Positions 9,690 to 20,500 of a stretch of DNA of 64,000 nucleotides are shown one piece after another; the first letter of the stretch is position 1, and the number at the start of each line of letters is the position of its first letter. Position numbers and translations under genes: made by a program. The notes beneath the pieces were generated by a model. It ran no database searches, had not been told where the DNA came from, and saw only the letters and a list, made by a program, of their open reading frames with translations. Source of the DNA: an uncultured Candidatus Saccharibacteria bacterium (GTDB lineage Bacteria; Patescibacteriota; Doudnabacteria; UBA920); NCBI GenBank assembly GCA_964473815.1, contig CAYYQK010000002.1, positions 41,128 to 105,127 on the forward strand. The letters are read 5' to 3'.

Positions 9690-11021
9690 TTAAGTTTTAA
9701 ATTTTGTTTTTGGTTTAGTTCTAACCCTTCGTGGCTTCTGAGGCATGATGACATTCACCGGCCCTGCATGTCTATAGTGCATCCGAACGAGAAAATAGAT
9801 TGGGACAAACACTACCACCGAAAATATAAAGGCCCACCAAGGAATTGGATTTTTAGCTGTCCCCCCTACGCCCTTAGCATTTACGGAGAAGATTTCAAAA
9901 CTCCCAGCTACTGTGGATATAACTTGGCCTAAATTATTGAAAATCGTTACAGAAACATGATATAACTGAGCCAAAATTGCTGGAGGGATTGTGGCGAAGA
10001 ATTCTTTGGTCGTTTTATCAAAGGAGAATAAATATGAAGCTAATACGTTATTTTGATCCTTTACCCCCAAAACAATCAATTTAGTCCCTTCGGGTAGTAA
10101 CGCATAAGGAATACGCAAAGTAATATCTGAACCTGCGGGGATCTTTGGATTATTTGCGTCTACTGTGGCTGAGCCATGATTGTAAACTATGGTAAAATCG
10201 CGAAAATTCACTATTTTGCTTGGCGGTTGAGGGGCTTGAGGAAATTGAAAATCCACCACAGGTGCATCAGAATAGGAATTTTGATTTTGTCCTATTTGTT
10301 GACTGTAAGGCAGAATTCTGGCAATTACGATTGCTCCCGGGGAATAATTCCCTGATCTATCAGCTGCGAAAATGCTGTAATAGTATGTAATCCCAGGGTT
10401 TACTGCCCCATCGGAGGTTTCTTGAACCGTACCTTCGTAAATTACCAACCCACTGCCTGGATCCGGTGGGAAAAACCGTTCCGACCGCACAATTCGGACT
10501 TTAGCAAAATCTTTATCTGCCGGATTTTGCCATGATAAAATTATCCGACCGTGATTTGGTGTGGCTGTAAAATTAGTAACATTTTGTGGTGCGGTTAAAT
10601 CTGGTTCAGCTAAAGTCACAAAAGTTCCCTGGTAAACTCTTTGATTCCCAGCCTGATCGATAGCTGTAATTGTGAAATGATAATTTGCCTGTGGCTCCAA
10701 ATTCAGAATTTCGGCACTGTGCTTTTTGTCGTATTTTTCAACAGTAATTTGCCCATCACCAACATCATCGCTTTTACCCCAGGCGACTTTGCCCAAACTA
10801 ATTTCGTCTGTTTGCCAAAAAACTACTGCACTTTTTGCATTGGTTTTTACTGAAACATTAAATATTAACGGGGCAATATGATCAGCAAATTGTGATTGGC
10901 TACCATGAATATCAACTGGCTGTTCAACATTTAAGCTACTTGTCTGAGCCAAAGCTAAATTCGGCAACATCAACATGCTGATCAAAAAAATCAAACAGTA
11001 TTTTCGACCGGTCGTAAACAT
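9690..11021 (-). CDS. Surface-anchored protein with tandem fibronectin type III-like domains, an N-terminal signal peptide and a C-terminal transmembrane anchor with a basic tail.
   Basis: ATG at 11021. Signal MLMLPNLALAQT. Two segments with FN3-like hallmarks (AVVFWQTDE...G...Y.F...A.D.AGN; P.NV.NFTATP..GRIILSWQNP.D.DF..V.IVR). C-terminus WWAFIFSVVVFVPIYFLVRMHYRH...KPKTKFKT. Confidence 0.65.
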   Translation of the reverse strand: MFTTGRKYCLIFLISMLMLPNLALAQTSSLNVEQPVDIHGSQSQFADHIAPLIFNVSVKTNAKSAVVFWQTDEISLGKVAWGKSDDVGDGQITVEKYDKKHSAEILNLEPQANYHFTITAIDQAGNQRVYQGTFVTLAEPDLTAPQNVTNFTATPNHGRIILSWQNPADKDFAKVRIVRSERFFPPDPGSGLVIYEGTVQETSDGAVNPGITYYYSIFAADRSGNYSPGAIVIARILPYSQQIGQNQNSYSDAPVVDFQFPQAPQPPSKIVNFRDFTIVYNHGSATVDANNPKIPAGSDITLRIPYALLPEGTKLIVLGVKDQNNVLASYLFSFDKTTKEFFATIPPAILAQLYHVSVTIFNNLGQVISTVAGSFEIFSVNAKGVGGTAKNPIPWWAFIFSVVVFVPIYFLVRMHYRHAGPVNVIMPQKPRRVRTKPKTKFKT

Positions 11022-11046
11022 TGATTAACAAAAGTTAATTTGTGAA

Positions 11047-11829
11047 TTAATTCGGGACTGCAGTGACTAAAACCGTGGCAGCATAAGTACCGTTCGGTTG
11101 AATATGACTAGAACCCGATTCTGCCCGAATTTTAACAGTAGTGCCTGTCCCACTAGGGTGATTGCCAGTGGTACGTTTGGCAATTAAAGTATCAGAAGTA
11201 GTTAATGCGTCCCAACAATGCAATGACGCATCTGCAGAACCGGTGTTACAAGCACTGCCATTGTCTTTGTATCTTTGAATGATATCAGTGCCTTCCGGAG
11301 TAAATCCGAATTCGCTGTCTGTAGATAAAACGGACCAGTTATAATCGGGGTCACTAGTTGCTGGAGTGTAATTGTTAAAATCGCCGTTGGCGCTACGCAT
11401 GGCCGGATTAGTACTGGAGTGCACAAACATACTATAACCAGACTGGCTATCAGTAGTTACTGTCCAGGACATACTACCGTCCCCTGTCCCTCCAGAAATA
11501 CCACTAATCGAAGGGGACATTGAAACACTACCGTTGGAAGTAATGGCAATATAAACTTGTTGGGAACCCAAAAAACCAGCATCAATTTTATAACTACCGC
11601 TTGAGGAAGGACCAGTCCCTACTTCCCCCAAACTGTTCAATTCTTTGTATGAACCCGAAGATGATTGCTGACCACTAGCATTAAGTGAATCAATCGGTAT
11701 ACGGTAAGTGCCGCTACTCATCTGAGCCCAAGCTTGCGGGGTGTTGAATATAAAAAGCAAGAGTGCAATCACAGCGGATTTGCACCATTTGCTTTCCCTC
11801 CACGATTTGTAGTTTAGAGGATTGCGCAT
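11047..11829 (-). CDS. Small secreted surface protein, WxL-like (W-x-V motifs). Paralog of 12857-13504 and of the partial gene at 1-785.
   Basis: Signal peptide (...ALLLFIFNTPQAWAQ). Shares with 12857-13504 the blocks SWTVTT(D/N)S, YTPA.S(D/E), (N/T)WSV(L/S)S..EFG(F/Y)...GTD and a C-terminal GTY(A/S)AT(V/I)..TA. Confidence 0.55.
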   Translation of the reverse strand: MRNPLNYKSWRESKWCKSAVIALLLFIFNTPQAWAQMSSGTYRIPIDSLNASGQQSSSGSYKELNSLGEVGTGPSSSGSYKIDAGFLGSQQVYIAITSNGSVSMSPSISGISGGTGDGSMSWTVTTDSQSGYSMFVHSSTNPAMRSANGDFNNYTPATSDPDYNWSVLSTDSEFGFTPEGTDIIQRYKDNGSACNTGSADASLHCWDALTTSDTLIAKRTTGNHPSGTGTTVKIRAESGSSHIQPNGTYAATVLVTAVPN

Positions 11830-11850
11830 TGCTATTTACGGTTGCTAACG

Positions 11851-12849
11851 TTATTTCTTGCGTTTGATTTCAAACGAACCGGTCACTTTGCGCAAAATGA
11901 AGAATACAATAATTATCGCTAAGATTATTCCGACTAAGATTTTCCAAGGCAAAACCCAGAAAGCAATGGTTTTGGTGTCAGTTACATCCGGATTTTCCTG
12001 ATACCCACGGTCAATCACGGCAGTTGCAGTATAACGCCCAAGCGCGAAACCACTGTCCCATGTCACAGTTGCGCTACGCAAAGATGCTGGCAAACTGAAG
12101 AACGGTGGAATATCTAAGTCTTTCACTTTATGCCCAAACATGTTCTTAACCTCAATGTGACCCTGAGGAATCAAGTGGACACTACTATTATTCTCAAATA
12201 ATGCTTCAAAAGTAAACGGACCCTTTTCATAAAAAGGCTTACTGCTGCCGGAAAGCCGGAAATCCTTTAAATCAGCATCTTCTTTAACATGGCCAGCAAC
12301 ACGGACAAAGTACAATGCACCAAGACGAGAAATGGTCCGGGCTTCATTATCATTAGTATCAGCGGAAGTATTAGATGGTTGTGAAGAAACCAATACTGAT
12401 GCAAATTTACCGCCTGGTTCAGCATCAGCAGGGATATTAATAGCTACATTAATAGTAGCGGTTTGCTTTGAACCGAGCTTGAAAGTACTGACTTCAGGTT
12501 TGATGTAATCTTTTAAAGAGTAAGGGCCTTTATCATTACCAAGTAAAACTACAACCCGACCGGGATCTTTAGATCCTTGAAAATCTTCGATACTAACAGT
12601 AAAAGTTTGTTGACGGTCGGTTCGGTTAGTGACAGAAAGTGTCTTCGTAGTTTTTTCGCCAGGTTTTAATATGACCTCTTGCTTTGCTGGCTCCAATACA
12701 AAATCATTCCGAATTTCAACCGGAGCATCTTTGATTTCAATTGCGCGAGCCGCGTTGGGAATTACAAGCATGCCAATAACAGGCAGCAGAGCGAAAGTGC
12801 GGCGTAGAAGACGACGATGTAACGAAACAGTTTGTTTAAATAAAGTCAT
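11851..12849 (-). CDS. Cell-surface protein with DUF916/DUF3324-like (CscA-like) architecture: signal peptide, extracellular domains, C-terminal TM anchor.
   Basis: Preferred start is the ATG at 12849 (MTLFKQTVSLHRRLLRRTFALLPVIGMLVIPNAARA). The ORF track extends to 12903, overlapping the upstream gene. C-terminus WKILVGIILAIIIVFFILRKVTGSFEIKRKK. Family assignment is by architecture and context only. Confidence 0.5.
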   Translation of the reverse strand: MTLFKQTVSLHRRLLRRTFALLPVIGMLVIPNAARAIEIKDAPVEIRNDFVLEPAKQEVILKPGEKTTKTLSVTNRTDRQQTFTVSIEDFQGSKDPGRVVVLLGNDKGPYSLKDYIKPEVSTFKLGSKQTATINVAINIPADAEPGGKFASVLVSSQPSNTSADTNDNEARTISRLGALYFVRVAGHVKEDADLKDFRLSGSSKPFYEKGPFTFEALFENNSSVHLIPQGHIEVKNMFGHKVKDLDIPPFFSLPASLRSATVTWDSGFALGRYTATAVIDRGYQENPDVTDTKTIAFWVLPWKILVGIILAIIIVFFILRKVTGSFEIKRKK

Positions 12850-12856
12850 TTTTGTT

Positions 12857-13504
12857 TTACTGGGCAGTCGCTGTAGCTGTAATAGTAGCGCTGTAAGTAC
12901 CACTGGCTGCGAAAATACCAGCTTGTTCTGTGGCTACACACATAGTTGAAGCAGTTCCAGAAGTACCTGTTGGAGCAGTAGCGTTAGCAATTTGGTCAGC
13001 GCTACCTGTTAGGTCAAAATCACGCCACTTAAGAGTCGTGCTTGGAACATCAGCACCAGCAATACAGTCTGCATCTGTTTCCCAAGTTCCTGTTGGAACA
13101 TCTGTACCTCGAGCTGAGTAGCCAAATTCAGCAGCACTAGAAACTGACCATGTTTCTGGAGTTTCAGAGACCGCTGGCGTGTAATCAGCAATGTTACCGC
13201 CGCCGCCGCTTCGGGAAAGAGCAGGAGCTGTAGAAGCATATAAGGTCAAATTGTACCCACCGGCACTATTCGTTGTAACTGTCCAAGAGGCACTACCTAC
13301 AGCAGTATTCTGCGAAGTACTCAAGTGAGTCATGGTAATGTCAGATGGTGCAGAAATTGTAATTCCGCTATCTACAACCTGACTTACGTTAACACTATCG
13401 GTAACTGATTGGGCAACTAATCCTTCTGGATGAAGGATAACAAAACCACCTGCGACTATAATAATGCTGGCCAAACCGGTGATTAAGTTTTGTTTTAATT
13501 TCAT
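12857..13504 (-). CDS. Small secreted surface protein, WxL-like. First gene of the surface cluster.
   Basis: ATG at 13504. Signal-anchor LITGLASIIIVAGGFVIL. Motifs SWTVTTNSAGGYNL, YTPAVSE, TWSVSSAAEFGYSARGTD. C-terminus GTYSATITATATAQ. Confidence 0.55.
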   Translation of the reverse strand: MKLKQNLITGLASIIIVAGGFVILHPEGLVAQSVTDSVNVSQVVDSGITISAPSDITMTHLSTSQNTAVGSASWTVTTNSAGGYNLTLYASTAPALSRSGGGGNIADYTPAVSETPETWSVSSAAEFGYSARGTDVPTGTWETDADCIAGADVPSTTLKWRDFDLTGSADQIANATAPTGTSGTASTMCVATEQAGIFAASGTYSATITATATAQ

Positions 13505-13532
13505 TTTCTTAAAAGGATTATTAACTGCATAA

Positions 13533-13563
13533 ATTATACCACATTTTTACCAAGCTGTGGAAA
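13533..13563 (-). promoter_or_regulatory. Candidate sigma70-type promoter with extended -10 (TGgTATAAT) and TTCCAC -35 at 18-nt spacing, driving the surface-protein cluster.
   Basis: Minus-sense ttccacagcttggtaaaaatgtggtataat lies about 30 nt upstream of the ATG at 13504. Confidence 0.45.
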
Positions 13564-13598
13564 ACTTTGTGCCGATTGCAGAATAATTGCCAAAATTT

Positions 13599-13622
13599 AA
13601 AACCACTCGTTAGAGTGGTTTT
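13599..13622. terminator. Bidirectional intrinsic terminator downstream of rpoC.
   Basis: aaaACCACTCgttaGAGTGGTtttt: 7-bp stem, 4-nt loop, A-run 5' and T-run 3'. Confidence 0.6.
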
Positions 13623-13628
13623 AAAAAG

Positions 13629-16600
13629 CTAGAACAACGGAGCTGGGGTTTTTAAATTTTCTTCAGCGATTTCATCGGAGAAACCAGTTCCAGCAGGAAT
13701 GAGTTTACCAATAATTACATTTTCTTTTAACCCACGAAGGTAGTCAGTCTTGCCGGTTACCGCAGCTTCAATTAACACACGCGTGGTTTCTTGGAAAGAT
13801 GCCGCTGCAAGGAAACTTTCAGTAGACAGGGAGATTTTTGTAATACCCATTAACAGCTGTTCGGCCTGCGCTGGAGCGCGACCTTCGGTTACAAGTTGTT
13901 CGTTGACTTCCTGCATACGAGATTTATCAACCATGTCCCCCAGTACAAATTCGCTGTCGCCACTGTCGGTGATGCGCATCTTACTAAACATTTGACGCGC
14001 GATAACTTCAACGTGCTTGTCGTGAATCTGCTGACCCTGAGATACGTAAATATCTTGTACTTCTTTCACAATATATTTTTGTGCGGCTTCTGGTCCTTGC
14101 AAATCGAGCACCTGGTTTGGATTCAAATTACCTTCTGTAAGCGGTTGACCAGGGTAAACCAAGTCACCATCTTTAACTGTAAGGGAGAACCCACGAGGGA
14201 TGATGTATTCGCGCAAGTCATCACCTTCGTGAACGAGGCGCATGCTTTCACCTTCGACATTCACAATTCCAGCAGCCTGAGCCTTAACCAAAGCACCAGA
14301 ACTGTCAGTATACAGAGAGTCCCCGATTGCAACGTGAGTACCATTCTTAATTACAGCTTCGGACCCGCTAGGTAATTGTAAATGTTCGGTTTCAACATTC
14401 TGTCCCTCAATGCGAATGATTTGTTCTTTAGTTGGAGCAATGCTTACCGAAACTTTGCCAGCGATTTCAGCAACTGTTGCCATACCTTTTGGTTCTCGAG
14501 CTTCGAACAATTCTTCTACACGAGGCAAACCTTGAGTAATATCTTTTTCAGATGCAGAACCTCCACTGTGGAAGGTACGCATTGTAAGCTGGGTTCCTGG
14601 TTCACCAATTGCCTGGGCAGCCACAATACCTACTGCTGCACCGAGTTCCACCATGGCGTTGAAACCAAGGTCATAACCGTAACACAACTGACAAATACCA
14701 CGAACTAATTTACACTTCAAAACTGAACGACACTTTACTTCGGTAATCCCAGCATCAACAATTTGTTTTGCAGTTTGTTCATCAAGACCCTGATTTTTCT
14801 TAGCCAAAACTGTGCCATCGGCTGCCTTTACTTCTGCAGCTGCCACACGACCAAACAAACGATTTTCGAATGCTTGGTTCATGGCTTCGCTTTCTTCTGC
14901 AGTAATAATGTCAAAATCTTTGGTGCCGCAATCTACAGCATTTACCACTACGTCCTGAGCAACATCGACAAGACGGCGGGTCAAGTACCCAGCGTCAGCA
15001 GTACGGAGCGCAGTGTCAGACATACCTTTACGTGAACCGTGAGTGGAGATGAAATATTCAAGTACGCCCAAACCTTCTTTAAAGGACGCGCGAACTGGAA
15101 GCTCAATAACGTCACCAGCCGGGTTTACCACAAGACCTTTCATACCAGACATCGCGTTAATCTGTGACATAGAGCCACGACCACCGGAGTTAAAGATATA
15201 GTTTACAGAGCTGTGATCAACTACATTTGAAGATACATCCTTCGCTAACTTTTCACCCGCATCTGCCCAAATTTCAACAATACGATTTTTACGTTCATCA
15301 TCAGTTAGCAAACCTTCTTGGAACTGATTATAAATTGCCTTCACTTGTTCATCAGCTTTTTCGAGCAATAGATGCTTTTCTTGTGGTACAGCCAAGTCGT
15401 CCATGCCCCAAGAAATTCCAGAGCGCTTCATATAAGTAAAGCCGGTGCGCTTAATGTCGTCAATTAATTGCGCAGTGCGTTCGCTGCCAAATAAACGGTA
15501 AGCTTCGCGAACCAAAGTTTGTAATTTTTTCTTGTCGAAGTTTTCATCGCGGTAACCCATTTCTTCAGGGACAACGCGGTTGAAGATCAATCGACCAACA
15601 GAAGTTTCTCGCATTTCACCATTTGGCATGCGCACTTTAATCTTCGCTTGAATGTGAACGTGCTTGTTATTATAAGCAAGGACAGCTTCTTGTTGATCAG
15701 AGAAAATTTTGCCTTCGCCTTGTAAGCCATCGCGAATTTTAGTGATGTAGTAGCAACCCACCACCACGTCTTTATCTGGAGTCATCACTGGTTGACCTGA
15801 CGCAGGCTTCAACAAGTTGTGAGAAGATACCATAATTTCGCGCGCTTCTTTTTGTGCAGCTTCAGTAAGAGGGACGTGCACAGCCATCTGGTCACCATCG
15901 AAGTCAGCGTTGAACGCTGCACAAACCATTGGGTGAAGCTGGATCGCCTTCCCTTCAATCAATACTGGTTGGAACGCCTGGAAACCCAAACGGTGGAGAG
16001 TAGGTGCACGGTTAAGAAGTACGAAGTGATCGGCAGTAACTTCTTCCAAAATGTCCCACACTTCAGTACGGCCTTGTTCAATTAAACGGTTTGCACTGCG
16101 TACGTTATGGGCGTATTCGCGGCCGATCAATTTAGAAATAACGAACGGCTTGAACAATTCCAATGCCATAGCTTTTGGCAGCCCACACTGGTGCAGCTTC
16201 AAAGTTGGGCCTACCACAATTACAGAACGACCGGAATAGTCTACACGTTTACCAAGCAAGTTCTGACGGAAGCGACCCTGCTTACCTTTGAGCATGTCTG
16301 CCAACGAACGGAGCTTGCGCTTTTGGCCAGTTGAAGCAGTTACTTCCTTACCATGACGAACACTGTTGTCGATCAAAGCATCAACTGCTTCCTGCAGCAT
16401 ACGCTTTTCGTTACGGGTAATAACTTCAGGCGATTTAATTTCCAAAAGTTTCTTCAAACGATTGTTACGGTTAATAACACGGCGATACAAGTCGTTCAAG
16501 TCAGAAGCAGCGAAACGACCACCATCTAATTGCACCATTGGACGCAAGTCAGGTGGGATAACTGGCAAGTGCGTGATCAACATCCATTCCGGACGAAGAC

Positions 16601-17501
16601 CAGACTTAATCAACGACTTCACAAGCTTTAAGCGACGCATCATTTTCTTAGCAGCTTGCCCTTCGGTGTTAGCAAGTTGCGCTTCAATATCCTGGGCAAG
16701 TTCTTCAAGATTCAATTCTTCCAAAAGACTCTTCACGGCTTCGGCACCAATTCCAGCTGTGAACACTGGACCGTACTTCAAAGACAAATCGCGGTAAGCG
16801 AGTTCAGAAATAATTTGATACTTCTTAATGCTCTTCAATTCGCTACGAGCCTGGTCGCGAATGCTCTCTAAAGCACTAACTTCTTGCTGCCACAAATCTT
16901 TGATGCGGGTTGTTTCTGCATCAATTTTTGCACCTGCAACATCTGCATCACCTTTTAATTCCTGACCCATTTCACTGCGAGTCTTTGCAATCAAAGTTTC
17001 GTAGCGATTTTCAATTTCTTTTTTCTTAGATTTAAATTCCGCTTCAATTTGTTCAAGTGTGCTAGCGCGCGCTTCTTCATCAACAGAAGTGATGATGTAC
17101 GCGGCAAAGTAAACACAGCGTTCCAGTTCCTGAACACCTAAATCTAAAATTAAACCTAGGCGGCTTGGAACCGAACGCAAAAACCAAATGTGTGCTACTG
17201 GTACGGCCAAAGTAATATGACCCATGCGTTCGCGACGAACACTGGACTTAGTTACTTCCACGCCACACTTATCACAAACAATATTTTTGTAGCGAATACG
17301 CTTGTATTTACCACAGTAACATTCCCAGTCCTTAATCGGCCCGAAAATCTTTTCATCGAACAAGCCATCTTTTTCCGGACGTTGAGTACGATAGTTAATG
17401 GTTTCTGGCTTGGTAACTTCACCGTAAGACCAGTCTAAAATGGTTTCCGGAGAAGCCAATTTGATCTTTACGCCTTTAAATTCTTCAGTTTGAGTTAACA
17501 T
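13629..17501 (-). CDS. rpoC: DNA-directed RNA polymerase subunit beta' (1290 aa).
   Basis: NADFDGDQMAVHVPL catalytic motif, zinc-binding CYCGKYKRIRYKNIVCDKCG, full-length collinear ORF. Confidence 0.97.
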   Translation of the reverse strand: MLTQTEEFKGVKIKLASPETILDWSYGEVTKPETINYRTQRPEKDGLFDEKIFGPIKDWECYCGKYKRIRYKNIVCDKCGVEVTKSSVRRERMGHITLAVPVAHIWFLRSVPSRLGLILDLGVQELERCVYFAAYIITSVDEEARASTLEQIEAEFKSKKKEIENRYETLIAKTRSEMGQELKGDADVAGAKIDAETTRIKDLWQQEVSALESIRDQARSELKSIKKYQIISELAYRDLSLKYGPVFTAGIGAEAVKSLLEELNLEELAQDIEAQLANTEGQAAKKMMRRLKLVKSLIKSGLRPEWMLITHLPVIPPDLRPMVQLDGGRFAASDLNDLYRRVINRNNRLKKLLEIKSPEVITRNEKRMLQEAVDALIDNSVRHGKEVTASTGQKRKLRSLADMLKGKQGRFRQNLLGKRVDYSGRSVIVVGPTLKLHQCGLPKAMALELFKPFVISKLIGREYAHNVRSANRLIEQGRTEVWDILEEVTADHFVLLNRAPTLHRLGFQAFQPVLIEGKAIQLHPMVCAAFNADFDGDQMAVHVPLTEAAQKEAREIMVSSHNLLKPASGQPVMTPDKDVVVGCYYITKIRDGLQGEGKIFSDQQEAVLAYNNKHVHIQAKIKVRMPNGEMRETSVGRLIFNRVVPEEMGYRDENFDKKKLQTLVREAYRLFGSERTAQLIDDIKRTGFTYMKRSGISWGMDDLAVPQEKHLLLEKADEQVKAIYNQFQEGLLTDDERKNRIVEIWADAGEKLAKDVSSNVVDHSSVNYIFNSGGRGSMSQINAMSGMKGLVVNPAGDVIELPVRASFKEGLGVLEYFISTHGSRKGMSDTALRTADAGYLTRRLVDVAQDVVVNAVDCGTKDFDIITAEESEAMNQAFENRLFGRVAAAEVKAADGTVLAKKNQGLDEQTAKQIVDAGITEVKCRSVLKCKLVRGICQLCYGYDLGFNAMVELGAAVGIVAAQAIGEPGTQLTMRTFHSGGSASEKDITQGLPRVEELFEAREPKGMATVAEIAGKVSVSIAPTKEQIIRIEGQNVETEHLQLPSGSEAVIKNGTHVAIGDSLYTDSSGALVKAQAAGIVNVEGESMRLVHEGDDLREYIIPRGFSLTVKDGDLVYPGQPLTEGNLNPNQVLDLQGPEAAQKYIVKEVQDIYVSQGQQIHDKHVEVIARQMFSKMRITDSGDSEFVLGDMVDKSRMQEVNEQLVTEGRAPAQAEQLLMGITKISLSTESFLAAASFQETTRVLIEAAVTGKTDYLRGLKENVIIGKLIPAGTGFSDEIAEENLKTPAPLF

Positions 17502-17523
17502 AGTTCTCTATATATTAGTTACC

Positions 17524-20500
17524 TTATTCCTTCTTGGCCTTTTTCTCTTTTTTCTTCTTCACTGGATCATCAAAGAGAGAAGGTCCTTCAGGTGCTACGA
17601 CCACAGCAGCCTGGTTTGGTTGTTCGCCATCTTCCATATCAACTGGAATGGCATCTTGCATACTCATTGATCCGTTCACGCCGAGCAAGTCAACGTCGAG
17701 ACCAAGAGATTGTAATTCTTTAATCAGTACGCGGAAAGATTCTGGTACGTTCGGTTTCTTAATCGCTTCACCTTTTACAATCGCTTCGTAAGTTTTACTG
17801 CGACCCACAACGTCATCTGACTTGATAGTCAACATTTCTTGTAGAGTATGAGCTGCGCCATAACCTTCAAGCGCCCATACTTCCATTTCCCCGAAACGCT
17901 GTCCACCCATTTGGGCTTTACCACCGAGCGGCTGTTGGGTAATTAAACTGTAAGGACCAGTGGAACGCGCGTGCATCTTGTCATCAACTAAGTGGTGAAG
18001 TTTCAGGAAGTACTTCACACCAACAGTTACTGGCTCATCAAATCGTTCGCCGGTTTTACCATCGTACAAAACTGATTTACCATTTGTGTTAATGCCAGCC
18101 TTTTCTAGTTCGCCTTTAATTTGTTCTTCTGTGATTCCGTCAAGCACTGGAGTAGCAACATGATAACCAAGTTTGCGTGCAGCGAAACCTAAGTGAGTTT
18201 CCAAAACCTGACCCAAGTTCATACGAGATACAATACCGAGTGGGTTTAAGATTACATCAACTGGAGTACCGTCAGCTAGGAATGGCATATCTTCTTGAGG
18301 AATGATACGAGAGATAACACCCTTGTTACCGTGACGACCAGCCATCTTGTCACCAACCTGAATCTTGCGAAGCACAGCAACAGAAACTTGGATAGAACGG
18401 ATAACACCGCTCTGCAATTTGTCGCCGTTGTCGCGAGAGAATTCGCGAATGTTTACAACCTTACCGTATTCGCCATGAGGAAGTGTCAAAGAAGTATCTT
18501 TTACATCGCGAGATTTTTCACCAAAGATAACACGCAGCAATTTTTCTTCAGCCGTTAAATCAGTTTCACCTTTAGGAGTAATTTTACCAACTAGAATGTC
18601 GCCGGCTTTTACTTGTGCACCAATACGCACTACACCGTTTTCATCTAGGTTCTTAAGTTTTTCTTCACCAACATTTGGAATGTCGCGAGTAACAACTTCT
18701 GGACCGAGTTTGGTGTCGCGGATATCAATTTTGAAATCTTCAATGTGAACAGAAGTGTAGTAGTCATCTTGTACTAAGCGAGAAGAAAGCAAAATCGCGT
18801 CTTCATAGTTGCCGCCTTCCCAAGACATGAACGCAACTAACACGTTTTGTCCTAGAGCAAGTTCACCGCGTTCTGTAGAAGCACCATCTGCAAGAACATC
18901 ACCAGCTTTAACTTTCTGACCTTTTTCAACACGGTTAATTTGGTTCATCGAAGTACCACTGTTGGTACGAATGAATTTCAATAATGGATATTCTTTAGTC
19001 TTACCACTGTCACCTTTAATAGTGATCTTGTCACCAACAACAGAAGTTACTTCCCCATCTTCTTCAGCAATAATTACTTGCCCAGAATCGCGAGCTGCTT
19101 TTGCTTCCATACCAGTTCCAACAATTGGCGCGCGAGGAACAATACAAGATACCGCCTGACGTTGCATGTTCGATCCCATCAAAGCACGGTTAGCGTCATC
19201 GTGTTCAAGGAAAGGAATAAGAGAAGTAGATACAGAAATAATTTGTTTAGGAGATACGTCGATTGCGTCGATTTCATTGGTGTCAGCCATTGTTGGCACG
19301 CCATGCACACGCACGCTGGCACGTTCATCAGCAAAGAAACCATCGTCAGTAATATTCAAATTTGCCGGACCAATGGTCAATTTTTCTTCTTCGTAGGCAT
19401 CCATGTGTTCTACTTTTTTAGTCACACGACCCTTAATGCGAATTTGTTCTAAATCGGGAACGCTTTGCAATTTCTTCGCATCAGCTTCTGTCATTTTTGT
19501 TCCTGCTGCTACAACTACTTCACCATCTTTCTTTACATCGAACAAAGCAATTTCATCAATTGCATCTTTACCATCATTCTTCGCGAACTTCTTAACAATG
19601 CGGTACGGAGTTTCAATGAAACCAAAATCATTCAAACGAGCGTAAGAAGCTAAGTGAGCAACCAAACCAATGTTGGGACCTTCAGGTGTAGAAATAGGAC
19701 AAAGACGACCGTAGTGAGAACGGTGTACGTCACGAACTTCGAAACCTGCGCGTTCACGAGACAAACCACCAGGGCCCATTGCAGACAAACGACGCTTGTG
19801 TTCAAGTTCTGCCAATGGATTGGTTTGGTCCATGAACTGTGAAAGTTGTGAAGATGAGAAGAATTCCTGCATCGCTGCAACAATCGGACGAACGTGGATT
19901 AACTGAGCAGGTGTTACTGTTTCAAGGTCTGCTAAAGACATACGGTCTTTGGCAATACGAGACATACGAGCCAAACCAACGCGGTAACGAGTTTGGATAA
20001 GTTCACCAGCGGCACGAATACGGCGGTTGGCTAAGTGGTCAATATCATCTGGTTCACCTTGCACATTGTTCAAGCGGATAACTTCTTTTACAACTGCAAC
20101 CAAATCTTCCAAAGTCAACATGTGACTGTCTTGCTTTTGGTCTACATATTCATCTAAGCGTTGGTTAAATTTGTAACGACCAACTTCGGAAAGATCATAA
20201 CGTTCAAAGTTAAAGAACATTGCAGTAATTAAAGAACGCGCGTTATCTACTGTTGCAAGATCGCCTGGACGAATACGCTTGTAAACTTCCTTGAAACCTT
20301 CATCAGCATTTGTTGAAGCATCTTTTTCTAAAGTTGTGTTGATGAACTTTAATTCAGGGTTTGTATCAACGTCTTTAAACATTTCCAAAATTTGGTCATT
20401 GCTGCTTAAGCCGAATACGCGAAGCAATGCAGTAATTGGAATACGGCGCTTGCGATCAATCTTTACACCAATCACACCAGCGTTGTCAGTGTCGAGTTCT

